Shown here in pieces: positions 51,800 through 64,000 of a DNA stretch of 64,000 nt (positions within the stretch are counted from its first letter, which is position 1; each line of letters starts with the position of its first letter). The stretch covers positions 19,034,001-19,098,000 of the forward strand of contig CM114271.1 of the NCBI GenBank assembly GCA_050084515.1. Reading direction: 5' to 3'. This DNA is from Blasia pusilla. Its lineage: Eukaryota. The notes beneath the pieces are model-generated. The model searched no databases, had not been told where the DNA came from, and saw nothing but the letters and a program-made list of their open reading frames with translations. The translations under genes were made by a program, and so were the position numbers.

Positions 51800-52920
51800 A
51801 AACTCCCTTCTCTTGAAGTCCTCCGTTATTACTCTTCCTCGTGCTCTTGAATCCAATGTTCCATTTCAGCATCATTTTCGTCTCTTCCAAGCCCCTTGGA
51901 GTCAAATTTTTCAGTGTTACCGATATGAGTATCCTCCCTCCCTTCGATGCCATAAATGATTCCACATAATGCATCCACCTCCTCTAGGTCCTCATCTTGC
52001 AAGTCGAGGTTATCTTCATGATTACCATCACGGTTTCTTGCATGCAAACTAGATTCACTGTCATCTTCTACTACCCTACTAGCTTGTTCTTGTCCATCCC
52101 TTTCAAAAAATTATTGCTCGTACAAGAGCGTTTGTCTTGAAACACAAGAATATCCTTGTCTCCAAACCGTGAGTTTGTGTAGATGTACACCAAATCCCTG
52201 GCACGCTCATTGGTCAATTTATTCCTATGCTTGTTGTGGATGAAATCGTAACTACTTGATCCAATTTCTCTCCGCTGAAGAAGATGAAACCACTTGTCCT
52301 AATATGGACTTAGCTTTAGAGCGCAATGTTGGTGCACCTTGACCATGCATGCTCCACCAATCCGAGGGGCCAAGTGAATCAACAACTTCCCTACCAAACT
52401 CATCCACAAATAGTTCCTCGTGGTTCACAAGGTTGCCCAACTTTCGCAAGCAAGTAGCCACATAAGAATTAGCCTGGATGAGATTGAGGCCATGCACCCC
52501 CTTTGCATAACGTTTCAGATATTGTTTGAAATCTCTCATGTACTCAACATTTGAAGTGACCTCTTGAACACTATCAAGAAGACTGTAATGTAGCCTATTG
52601 CATGTAATTTGTTGTGGATAAGTGCCCATTTCCTGGAAATAACATCGACCATTTTCGTCGCTCTAGATATTATGACAAAATAACTGCAACGCCTTCCACC
52701 CACACCAAGCCATGGAGTTACAAGAAAAGCACGGGTCTCTTCCATTATCTCAAAAATATGGTGATAAATATGCCCCGTCATTGCTTTATGACCATCACAC
52801 TCTCTCAAGAGAATAATAGTTGGTTGAGTCGCCGCAAAAAACTCCTCACCTTCGATCCAAAAATCATGATTGGCCACAATAGTCTCAATCTCTTGTGCCT
52901 TCTCCCTTTGCGTAAGTGTG
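51800..52920 (-). pseudogene. hAT transposase C-terminal half with dimerisation domain, inverted
   Basis: NHDFW...PTIILLRECDG, DWWSMHG..APTL...A..ILGQVVSSSSAERNW, FIHNKHRNKL...RARDLVYIYTN. Confidence 0.88.
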
Positions 52921-52934
52921 AGTTTCGAGCTTAT

Positions 52935-53365
52935 GGTCACAACTCCATTTTGCTTGAAACTTTGCAAGAGTGCTACAAAGAAAACTTGGGAAAGTTGGAC
53001 ATGATGAAAAATGAAAAAAAACCTTCTTTTCATTGAAGGTTTAATGGTTTGGGGCCAAAACGTACTTACCAAATTTTCAGGTTTTTTTTACAACTCCATT
53101 TTGGGTGAAACTTTTCAAGAGTGATATATCCACCTTGGGGACCATGTGTGCTAAATTTCAGCTCAAGATGGAAAAGTTGCACAAGATGAAAAATTTAAAG
53201 ACCTTCTTTTGATTGAAGGCTTGATGGTTCGGGTCCACAAAGGACTTAGCAAATTTTGAGGTTTCTCTCACAACTCCACTATGGATGAAACTTTAGAAGA
53301 GTGGAACATGCACCTTGGGGACCATGTGCAACAAATTTCAACTCAAGATGGGAAACTTGGACAAA
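52935..53365 (+). repeat. Diverged 150-180-bp tandem repeats, probably subterminal repeats of the hAT element
   Basis: ACAACTCCA(T/C)T.TG..TGAAACTTT..AAGAGTG recurs near 52939, 53090 and 53269. Confidence 0.8.
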
Positions 53366-53592
53366 AACACCCAAAATTGTTTCCTAAGGAGAAAGAGATC
53401 AATCTATATCTTATCCATTAATTAGAACTGAAGTTCTTATAGCGCGCTACATTTCTTACATTTCTTGCCTAATGGAACTTGAGAATGCATGTGTTATTTG
53501 ACGCAAATACTCTATTTGGAGAAACGATACCTTCTTTAGGTACTTGAATATTAAGTTGAGATAACTTTTACTCACTCTTTTTCTTATTGCAG

Positions 53593-54927
53593 GAATCTTG
53601 AGTCATGGGCATGGACCGTGTGCAATTGCTCAATTTGACATAGGAGTCTACAAGCAGGGATCCAATTGGACGATTGGATGATTGGCAAAGGCATCATCTT
53701 GAAAGATGCATACATCTTCCAAGATGATACATCAAGATGGATGATTGGCAAAGGCATCATCTTGAAAGATGCATACATCTTGAAAGATCTTGCAACACAA
53801 TTTTTTAACTCCACCTCACCAAATCCAGCACCACAAGTGGTTCAAAAAATTCCTGACTTCAAGGAATATTTGAAAGTTTTCATCGGGCCTTAGAAAAAAA
53901 ATTAGTGGTATGGACTGCAGAAGCCAGGTTGATTCCGATTTACTAGATCTTCGGATGGTATGCCCATCATGCATTACAAGATGTATGGTTTTGATAAAGA
54001 ATGGTTGCCAAATGAACGTGGATATGACGTATTTTTACGTCATGAAATTAGTAGACATCCTCTTATCCCTTCTGGGATAAGAGGTTACTACCCACACCCT
54101 TGAAGGCATTTTCTGATGTGAAGAAAGGTGTATCTCAATATATTGAGTACTTTGTTAAGATGGGAAGTAAGTCTTTCGGAGGCACAAAGGTGGAGTTTCA
54201 ACAACTAGCACGGCAATGGAGGAAGACAATCGAGGAACTGGACCGATTATTTCCTCATGGAAACCTTGAGGAAAAGGCTCAAAACCTGCGATTAAATCAC
54301 AAGACAACAACAAATGAAGATTCTTCTACCAATAATAAGACCTGTTTGATAGCCCATGACATTGCTTTATCGTTCTTTGAGACATTGGAAGATTGTTGGC
54401 CTCTAACCAAACAGAACACTCAAGTTTCTATTGTTTTTGGAAGTGGAATTCCTCCAAATCAAGATCACTTTTGTGGGCCCACTAGATTCAGGTCTAGAGT
54501 TGATATGTTATCAATGGAGGAAACAGAAGTTGCATTGGTAGATTTTAATGTTGGAGACTGTGTCATAATTAGACCAAGACAAGAAAGAAAAAAATATCCC
54601 ATATGGATGGGACAAGTTCTACTTGGAGTTGGGGTGAAGATACAAATTTCAGAATTCAGTATTAATGGCCATTGAATACATTTGGAAGAGGAAACATAGT
54701 CCCAAGTAGGAGATATCAAAATTGGGATGTTAAAAAAATGGGAGAAGAATAGTAGTGAAAAATCAATGTTGTGTCTACATGACTCGGTTATAGCATCTTT
54801 CGCTAATTCAACATATGCAATAGAGGGTGGACTAGTGAGTATCCCCATTGACGTGACTAATTTTGTCAAGTCTAGAATAACTTTTGGCACTAACCTAGTA
54901 CTAGAAGATAGAGATGTCATTGACTAG
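53593..54927 (+). pseudogene. Degenerate transposase-like coding relic resembling DUF7869-type proteins
   Basis: After an acceptor-like TTTTCTTATTGCAG the frames read GILSHGHG..A.....Y..GSNWTIG, IPDFKEYL and FRF.RSSDGMPIMHYK....KEWLP, with many stops and frameshifts. Family assignment is from memory only. Confidence 0.45.
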
Positions 54928-55269
54928 TGACAACAACACAATTACTGTAAGCCTTTATTACAATTTAATGTAATGTTATTAAGAGTCATCACTTGATTTT
55001 ATAAAGATTCTTTATATTTTTACATATGGTATGAGATTATTGAATAAAATCGTTTAGTAGAAGCTTTCACAATTGGAATCGGATTCCACATTCTTCTTGT
55101 TTTAGATTTTCTTGTTTAGTATGGTGCTCCAACTTGCACCATGTAGTTTAATTCATCCATTTGCAATGGACTTTAGATGAAAACCGGGTTTCCCTAAGTA
55201 AGACTACACTCTATATCATGGTAAGCTCCAAAACCTATTGGTTTACAACCTTCAACGAATCATTTATCT

Positions 55270-55403
55270 TAAACCCTAAACCCTTCAAACCGTAAGCCAT
55301 AAGGGATTAATAAGCCTAAAGCCTACACCCTAAACACTAAGCCCTAGCCAAAAACTTATACAACCCTTTCTTGAAGCCTAGACCGTAAACAATAAACCCT
55401 AAA
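55270..55403 (-). repeat. Degenerate telomere-like (CCCTAAA) tract
   Basis: Several AAACCCTAAA / AAGCCCTA variants. Confidence 0.7.
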
Positions 55404-57634
55404 GTGGAGTAGTGTTTCTACATTGATCATCCATGTGCATGCAAGTATGTAATAATACACATCCCTAGGAATAGACAAGATTGGAAAAAAGTGGATAGTG
55501 CGTGATTTAGAGTGATAGGATATAACATATTGTGTGAAAATTATGTATTTTCATTGTGTCCAATGGATAATTAATATCTACAACTCACTATGTCCTTCAC
55601 CTATCTTACATTCATATGCGGCTGATTTTTTTATACCATTTGATAATTTTGCATAATTTCCTCCTTTAGTGTACTTCCTTGAAGATAACTAAGTCTATCA
55701 TCAACTCTATGAGGCGTGTTGCACATAGCTCAATATGATATTCCTCAAAGGTTTGAGAAGTAGAGTGCATCATGCCTCATATGCATTAGGCACATAGTAC
55801 TCACTCCTGTTTAACTTTTTTGTGAGCTCATGGGTTCAAAGTCTTCCCACCGTGTGCTCCCTATCAAACATGGTATACTATTTGTAGCTTGAGTTACTTA
55901 TCCTTCAATGTTTTAGGAGTTACTATGGCTAACATTTAGACCCATTTTCTGCATACACGGGCGAGTACACACGTTTTACTAAAGGACCAAATGAAAATAG
56001 AACCTCTAGCACTTCATTAATTGAACTCCCAACCAGCCACATCACCATCAAATGTAACTATGCTCCCCTCTTGACTCTTCAAGGTACTCCCCATCTCCCT
56101 TATGACCAAGCACAATCACAAGCATAAAATAAGGATTCCATCCCTCTTAGATTTCTTTTTATAAGGATTAGAAGATGAATTCCTAATTATTGCTCCAAGC
56201 AATTTGATTGTGAGTTTCTTATGAGATTCCATAGTTACAAAGTGTAAGCCTTAGTAGCGGCTATTTGTAATAAATTTGCAAATTGGACTTCCAATCATGT
56301 TTGTAAGTACATTTTGAACTCAATGTAAGTCGTAGGAGTCATAAATGAAAAATGATTTTCTAGAATCACAAACCAATGTCAACTTGCAAAGTTGCGTCAA
56401 GTTGCAATGGAATGGCACAAAGTAGACTCTTAAACTAGCAGTCGTGATGGACTCACAAAGTAGCCCCTCTTGGAAAAAATGGACTCACAATGAAGCTCTG
56501 TATACACCTCTATCCCTATTAGCGGAGGAGTCTAATTGAGCATTTGGTGGTTCTCCATGTTTGAGGTTATGGGCAACTAGATCCAAGATGAGTTTATGAT
56601 GAAGAAACTCTTATGATGAGCCAATTCCCACCCAATAAAGATCTGGAAAAATATGGAAGAAAAATTCCTAAACCATTCCTTCAACTATTGAAATGATAGT
56701 CTGGATAGAGTGACGTAAGTAACAAGACATTAGAGATACTTTTGGAAAAAAGAGAGGCCAAATTTTTTTTATATATTTAAGGGGGAGGGTCTTCGAGGGA
56801 GTTTGGAGGCTAAATTCACATTGGGAATGAATGGATTTTGAGGTTGGAATTGGGGTTCTTACACCCATCCAAGTATGGTCAAACAAGTTTTGGATCCAAA
56901 TCATAGACCTTGAACCTAGAGCATATATGTTGAGTCTCAAATAAAGACTCTTTTGACATCCATTGGGTAGTTGGCACAACCAAGCCAAATCCAAGAATAG
57001 GAAATACTTGCTAGTCTTGATGACTAGAGCAATCTAAAAAGGAAAAGGGGACTTTATGTAGAAATCTGAGATAAAAAAAGTGTGTTATCCTCATGATTAC
57101 GATTATCTCAAGTTGAGTTGTTCTTTCCTTGCCTTGCAAAATCTTTTATTTTCTTCAATATATCTTCATGAGAAAACTTTAAGATCTTCACAAGATCTAA
57201 TTCTCTTGAATAACTTCATGTCTCTCTATTGTTTCTTAGCTCACAAGAAAATGGACTATGAATGTTCCTTAAAGTACTCTCTATGTTGCAAAGATCCAAC
57301 AAAAAACCCTTTGAGTTACAACATATTCTTGTTATGGTAAGATTAGATGGATATGGACTCTAGAGGAACAAGCCTAATAAAGCCTTAAATAGGGTTAAGT
57401 TGTCTAATAATTTTTGATGAAAGTATTTGCCTCAACAATCTAAAAATATGTCTATGCTTTCATAAAATTTAATGCACCCATCACTAAAGCCCAAATTGAA
57501 TCATTCACATTCTTTTCTGAGCCAAAAATTATACTTTTTTTTTTATCAAAGCTTCAATTGCATTAATGCATTTTCTCCTTGAAAAAAATATTACTAGAGG
57601 ATGTTTATTAATTTCACCAACTTGTATTGTGTTG

Positions 57635-57841
57635 TCTTGGCCGCAGACCCTATGTGGGCCATAAGCCCACCCTACGGGCCTCGTGCGGGCCTGCCATGTG
57701 CTTAGGGCGGGCCGATTCTTGCCTGTCTCCCTATATCTAAGCCTGCACCCGTTCTACATCTTGAGCCCATACGGACCACTATGATGCCGAAAAAACCCAG
57801 GCCAAGGACCCGTTGGGCATGTCCGTTTCCGTGCAACCTTG
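57635..57841. mobile_element. Truncated hAT-type MITE
   Basis: Right end GGGCATGTCCGTTTCCGTGCAACCTTG matches the 21640-21665 terminus; GC-rich interior; left TIR not found. Confidence 0.7.
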
Positions 57842-58375
57842 ATATCACTCGATCATACATGCTTTTGGGCCAAAAAATTATATAGGAAAAGACATGTTGT
57901 TGGACATGGCTTGAGACAGTAGTGATAGTTCAATCTGACTATGAGGGAATCGGGATCACTTCTTTGACCAAAATCTAAGCTAAGGGACGAGAGGCATTAC
58001 ATCAACTGACCATCTTTCAGCTGAGAAGATGTGTAAGTTGTCAAGAAGAAAGAAAATTAGTGTTATCTAATAGGAAAAGAGGTTATTTGGTCTTCCCACT
58101 ATGCAAAACTGAGCACATATCCAAAAAAGGGCTCAAAATATGGGAGTCCTACTATTCTACACCATTTAGCCTTTAATTTCTTAGATTCAATTTTAGCACT
58201 TTCTAAGTCTTCTCAAATTTATGAGAATTTACTCCTTAGAATTATTAAATATTACTTTTTGAAATGTTATATTAACCTTATCCAACTATTATTAACCTTA
58301 CAATCACAATTAGCTTTAACATATTATTTCATGAAAAAAATATTGGAATCATTGCTTAATATTTCATGACATATT

Positions 58376-58997
58376 CATGGTTGCACAAAGCGTACAAGTC
58401 TGTGTCTAAGACGGGCATGAACATACAAGTTTGGAAATGTTCACAAACATAGACTACAAAAGGTAGGTCCTAAATTTAAAGTTGATGGTGGAAGGCAGGG
58501 CACCAACCGGCGGGGTAATAAGGAAGAAGGGAGTGAAGGTGGAAGGAGGAAGAAACAAGAGAGTATGGATCACAAAGGAAAGTGGGGGATTAGAAAGAAG
58601 GGGGAGATACAAGATTGCACACAGTCAAAGTCTATGTTTGTAAAGACTTATATATGTCCTAGGGACGGGCATGTCCGTTCAGGCTCGGGTAATTGTGGCC
58701 CGCATCTAAGCCTACCCTGAACCCATAGAACCCGTCACGTAGACTTGGGTGGGCCAAACCCGTCAAGCCCGCCCTAGCTACAAGCCATAGAACGGATGTG
58801 GGCTTGACTCGCACGGATCTACGCGATGGGCTCGGATGCGAGCCGTAGGTACCCAAGCGACATATCTGTGGACTGGTCTGTTTTTGTGCAGCCTTGGGGA
58901 GATGGGGCCCATATGGACAAGTCCTTATATAAGACGGATGTGAGTCCATCAACATGTCCATGTCCATGGACACTGACTTTATCCATATATAACCTTG
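58376..58997 (-). mobile_element. Old subfamily-1 hAT MITE containing a nested MITE
   Basis: Ends CATGGTTGCAC / ATATAACCTTG; TSD GACATATT/GACACATA (6/8); homologous to 11380-11691. Confidence 0.8.
58610..58896. mobile_element. Nested hAT-type MITE
   Basis: TIRs CAAGATTGCAC / GTGCAGCCTTG; TSD GGGAGATA/GGGAGATG (7/8). Confidence 0.85.
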
Positions 58998-60389
58998 GAC
59001 ACATAGATAGTTTAAAAAAAAATGAAACTTAAATTTGAATCACTTCATAATGTGATATTTTTCAAAATGGATATATTGAGAAAGAAATTCTTATCCTTTT
59101 CTAAAATTTCATTCTCAAATATATGGAGTCAAGAAATAAAAATAAAATTTAATCGATAATTTCTAGCAATTTTTTTTTCCAAATTTTTTTCCTCTTCAAG
59201 TCAAATAAGGTGGAGGATGAATTCACTCAAGACAAAAAGAGCTCTTCAATTTCAATGACTCCTTTTTCCTTCTTTAAGTCAAGAACCTCATTTTCCCTTT
59301 TAAGGTAAATTCCTTTTCCCTTCTTTAAGTTGAAGAGGGAAAATAATGGGTCAATTCAATTCCTCAAACCGAAGAAAATTAACTTGAATCTTCCCTTTCA
59401 ATTTTCAGGAATTTTTTAATTAATGAAAGATTATTTTTTCAATTATATGAGGGAAAAATGATTTCCCCAAAGGGGATTTTCTTTTAGTTCTTCAATGAAA
59501 ATAAATGAATGATAAAAATAATCGGATTTCGCGGGTAAAAATTTGCGTAAAGAAGATTGATTAAATTATTATTTTCCAAAATGATATTTTAAATGAGTGA
59601 TTTGATCCCATGAGACATATAGGTTTTTTCTCATATCTTGAGATTGATTAGTTAGCTCACTTCTCTATGGAAAGATATGAATTGAATGATTAATTTTTTT
59701 GTTCCATCTACAAATTGATAAGTTGACTCAATCTTCATTGAAGAGATTCAGCTATAGTCCATCAAGAAATTTTCACTTGCAAAAGTCTCCTCCTCCCTCA
59801 AGAATTTGGCTAGCCCAAATGTGGGTTTAATCATCGTGTTGTTAAATTAATATTTTTCTTAGAATGAAGTCTTTGGGGCATGTTGTATAAATTTTCCCAC
59901 TTTTTGGAGAAAATACTCATATTACATTGCACCTGAGGTTGCATGGAAACAGACAAGTCCGTCCATGGGATGGACAAGTCCGGACATGCTTGGCCCGCCC
60001 AAGAACCAGCCACGTCAACCTGAATTGACATAGCTCGCATCCTTGACATCTATCTCCAAAGACACAAAAATATGCTTGAGGAAAAACAAAAGGTTGGACT
60101 CATCTTTGGGGGTAAGAAAATTTAATTTGTTACAAAAAAAATTTGATCTCAAAATTCGACACAAATAAACATTATCATTTTTGTTAATCTCTAGAAAAGT
60201 CCTAGAAAAATCTCTTATAATTAAGTCTTGAAATAGAAAATGAAAATGAAAACTTTCAAGTATAATACCAATTTCGACAAATGTGGTGTTTTAGAAAATC
60301 CGGTTTTTTTCTAATATGATTATTACCACACTAGGACATAGTGTAATGGGAGTTCAACTTAGGTTTTACTCTCTATGTCAACTATGTTT

Positions 60390-60640
60390 ATGGCCTAGGG
60401 TTTAGGGTTTATAGTTTAGGGTTTAGGGTTTGTGGCTTACGTTGTAGGGTTCATGGTTTTCGGCTTAGGGTTTCGAGTTTATGGCTTAGGGTTTAGGGTG
60501 TTTGGCCTAGGGTTTAGGGTTTATTGCTTAGGTTCTAGGGTTTAGGATGTTTGGCTTAGGGTTTAGGATTTTTTGCTTAGGGTTAGGGTTTTTGGCTTAG
60601 GGGTTAGGGTATAGGGTTTTTGGCCTAGGGTTTAGAGTTT
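60390..60640 (+). repeat. Interstitial degenerate telomeric array (TTTAGGG and variants)
   Basis: Many TTTAGGG units interleaved with TGGCTTAGGG / TGGCCTAGGG variants. Confidence 0.92.
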
Positions 60641-61602
60641 ATCGCTTAATTTCTCTCTTTATTGTCTTATTGGTGGAATAAATGTGTGTCCACTCTAAAT
60701 ACACCATAATCATCCATGATAATAGAGGGAAAGAGGCCCTTAAGGAGTTTGTGATGTTGTCCGCACCACAAGGAAAGCAATTGGAAGGTGCATAAGTCCA
60801 ACTCAAATACTTGCTAGGACACTCCAAATTATGGAAGGTCCCCTCTAAAAATGTTTGTTTCATGTCTAGATGTTGGTGTCTCTTGCTCAAAAGTGCAACT
60901 TAGAATGCAACATACTCTTATTAGTGCACGTTACGCATCCAATGCCTTCATCCAAAAATATGGACCATCCCCTTGTAATTGTGTGAATGATTGATCTTTG
61001 ATAAGAGGGATGATAACTCCCTACAATGTCATGTTCCAATGGAGGATAATCTACCATATCCTCTCTAACATGATGTCGTTGAAGAATATGAGTCATGTGG
61101 ATTTTAAATCGAAGAAATCTTGCTCATAATGCTACATGTAGTGGGGTATGCAACCTTCTCTCGATCATACCTACCTAACCACCCCATCATGCTTAATTTG
61201 TTCATAAAAAAAATTTGTATGCTTAGGAGCAGCATTTTTTAATCAAATGTACCCTTCTATAAGCCCCATGTACTCTATTTTCCTTGTCATAGTCATCATT
61301 CTCATTATCCATCCTCCTAGATAATTGTGCCATTATTGTGACAATATGAAGGCAATCCAACAAGTTAGATGTGTAAAACATGGCCATGGCCTCGCTAATA
61401 TGAGGTCCTCTGCCATCTTATTGTTCACTTGGTTTTAGTTTTTTTATCAAGCCCTTCAATCAATACATGTTACACTCAACAAAATATATCTATCTACAAT
61501 GCACAAGTGTAACAATGCCAACCTCTTTAGCAAAATGGATCTACCAATTACTCTACCAAATCTTGAATGAGAGTGGAAATATTTGGAGGTGGACCATACT
61601 CG

Positions 61603-61932
61603 CAAGGTTGCATGTGGACAAAGTCCGTGTCCGGGACATGTCCATGTTCGTGGACATATGTCTGTCCTATGGAAGGACTTGTCCAAATGGGCCCCACCTT
61701 TTCCCTTCTTTCTCCTTCCTCTTACTTGCCTTTGTGTTCCATAATCTCCCGTTTCTTCCTCCCTCCACCTCCACTCCCTCCTCCCGCATTGCTTCACTCA
61801 TCCTTGCCTTGCCTTCCATCATGGACTATAAGTGTGGGTCCCACCTCTTAGAACCTATGTCTGTGGACATGTCCAGACTTGTCTGTCCATGTCTGTCCTA
61901 AGGAAGGACTTGTCCATTTTTGTACAACCATG
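61603..61932 (+). mobile_element. hAT-type MITE (subfamily 1)
   Basis: Homologue of 9627-9938; perfect TSD CATACTCG (61595-61602, 61933-61940). Confidence 0.92.
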
Positions 61933-62203
61933 CATACTCGTCTCCACTTCCAAACAACCGTTATCTTAAAGAAGGATTTCCTTGCTACACACCCAGCTAC
62001 CCATGGATATTCAACTTGGAGTAAGGTTAGAGGAGCAGATTAGTTTTGTATGATTGCATGCACATTTAAGGATCTGATTTCTTGGGTGCACTAATAGAGC
62101 TAAGCGTTATTTCAAGAAAGATGATAGCATGTATATGGCCTTCCTATTACCATCTATATCAATGCTTAGGTTGTCATCGCCAATCCATGCATTGATATAG
62201 ATA

Positions 62204-64000
62204 TGTGATACCCAAAATTTTGTACTTTTGAAGATTTACATCTTTTTATTCAAAGAAGATTTGTATATACACTGTGATTTTGATATTATGGTTGCGTAGT
62301 AGAAGAATAAGTGAGATTAGAGTGAATCACGAAGCTCCAAGGACAAGGCAGAGAGATAGAAAATCAAGGATTTGCCTGAGAGGAGAGGAGAATACAATAA
62401 CGAAGTCTAAAGACCCATCGTGAAGCTTGAAAAAGACAACGAAGCTCTATTAAGAAGTTGTGTATGAAGTGCTTCGGTCCTAAACGAAGCATGAAGAAGA
62501 AGAAGAGAAAGAAGTACTTTGCTCTTGAACGAAGCACGAAGTACCAATGAAGAATGGAGCGCTTTGTCCTCAAAGGAAGAGCTTCGGAGATTCAGACTTC
62601 AGAGCGGAGTGAAGCTAAGACTGCCAGTGATTTCAAGCCACACATAGTTAGAACAGTTAGAATAGGAAAAGACACAACTCTTTTTATCAGATGGATAGTT
62701 ATGACAGTTTTGTTTCGCAGATTCATAGGGATCTTAGGAAAAGATAAGAGCACCATAGATCTAGGTAGTTACAAATATTTAAGAGACACCAACTTCATCA
62801 AGACCACTTCGAATCTTTGGAACACTCCTACTTCAGAGAGTATTTAAGAAACATGAAAGTAGCTATCATCATCATTCTTTCACGAAGTCCTTATGCTGTA
62901 GGAATGGTCCGAGCAAGGGAGTAGTACCCACTCAAGCTTGAATAACACTTTGAAGCTTTCTCATTCTTGATGGAGTAGTAAAGCACTCATTCCTTCATTT
63001 TGATGTGCGATGCGTATGTCTGAATATTCTTTTTGGGTCTGTAGAGTGAAGAGTGAATCAGGTGAACATTTCTCATCAATGGAATAATCAACATGGAGTT
63101 GTAGGAAATCTGTTTGACGGAGAGTAGCCTGCCGAGACGGATTGAATTCCGAAAGTAGGAGAAGCCAACTTTTGTGTTGAGGTCTCTGTGAGGTTTCTTG
63201 ATGTTGAGAGGAAATCTACCTGAGCGTGATGTCGGCTCCACTAGAGAGAATTGAGGAAAGGAATCTTGGTACTAAGAGAGATCCAACGACGTTGATAAGT
63301 CATTTAATCTAAATCATATACACTTAAATACAATTATTGCAAGAGAATTGTAATTTTGAACTCTCTTTCCACCAAAAAATGATCCTTTTGGGGATCGAAC
63401 TCATTAAATTACTGTAAAAAGATCAATCTGTTACTCATTGTACATTACATATAAGTGATAAAACTTTTTGGGTGCAGCGGCCTTCACGTCAAAAAGTTCA
63501 AAATTACAATTCTCTTGCAATAATTGTATTGAAGTGTATATGATTTAGATTAAAGGACTTATCAACGTCATCGGATCTCTCTTGTTGAGCAGCTTCTGTT
63601 CTGCCTCCAAGACTGCGATCCTACCCGTAGCCTCCGACCACTGTGCCACTAAGTCTTTGTTTGTTTCTTGATGTTCTTGAAGCAACTTCAAAGAATAAGC
63701 ATGTTGTGTGGCCAATTTCTTGAACTCGTGGCTGATACGATGCACTTGGTGTCGGCATTTTTGAATCAATTGCAAAGCTTCCTTGACCTGCGAAGCTAAC
63801 TGATGAGCCCCACACTCCATGTTAATCGCCAAGCTCTCCCATTGGTGTGCTTTCCGTGCTTTGTACTGACTCTGGACCAAGTCGCTTTGAACTTTGCGAA
63901 GCGTCGTCTTAGTGTCTTCGAGTTCTTGATCCTGTAGCTGAAGGTTTGTTTCCGCCACTTTGCGCTGTGCTTCGTTCTCTGACGAAGCTTGGGCCCTACT
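62204..64000. mobile_element. Possible LTR retrotransposon end running off the window, with a minus-strand coiled-coil ORF (63545-63958)
   Basis: Abrupt TGTGATACCC start, LTR-like composition, and an uninterrupted heptad-rich ORF. No second LTR or diagnostic domain is visible. Confidence 0.35.

Overview
Repeat-rich eukaryotic DNA from a land plant. Spliced alpha-expansins and TTTAGGG repeats show this; the transposon families suggest a bryophyte or other non-seed plant, which is inference. Only two intact host genes are supportable: a divergently oriented pair of paralogous 3-exon alpha-expansin (EXPA) genes at 1361-2778 (-) and 44650-46119 (+), with identical exon lengths and homologous flanks. 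The DNA between and around them is mostly decayed mobile elements: a rearranged, partly tandem-duplicated Ty3/Gypsy element (22110-33952), a restriction-like-endonuclease non-LTR element interrupted by a solo LTR, a second related solo LTR, at least 8 hAT-type MITEs with 8-bp TSDs, a hAT transposase split by an internal inversion, probable Helitron ends, 180-bp tandem repeats, interstitial telomeric repeats and a ~240-bp foldback. The main finding is that the Gypsy element carries a DNMT3-like cytosine-5 DNA methyltransferase segment (motifs IV-VIII, 30262-30735) upstream of the RT remnant, plus a PHD finger at the integrase C-terminus. It also has a Tf1-like self-priming PBS and an unusual B...A-B-A terminal repeat layout. 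All copies here are defective, so the intact element must be sought elsewhere in the genome.
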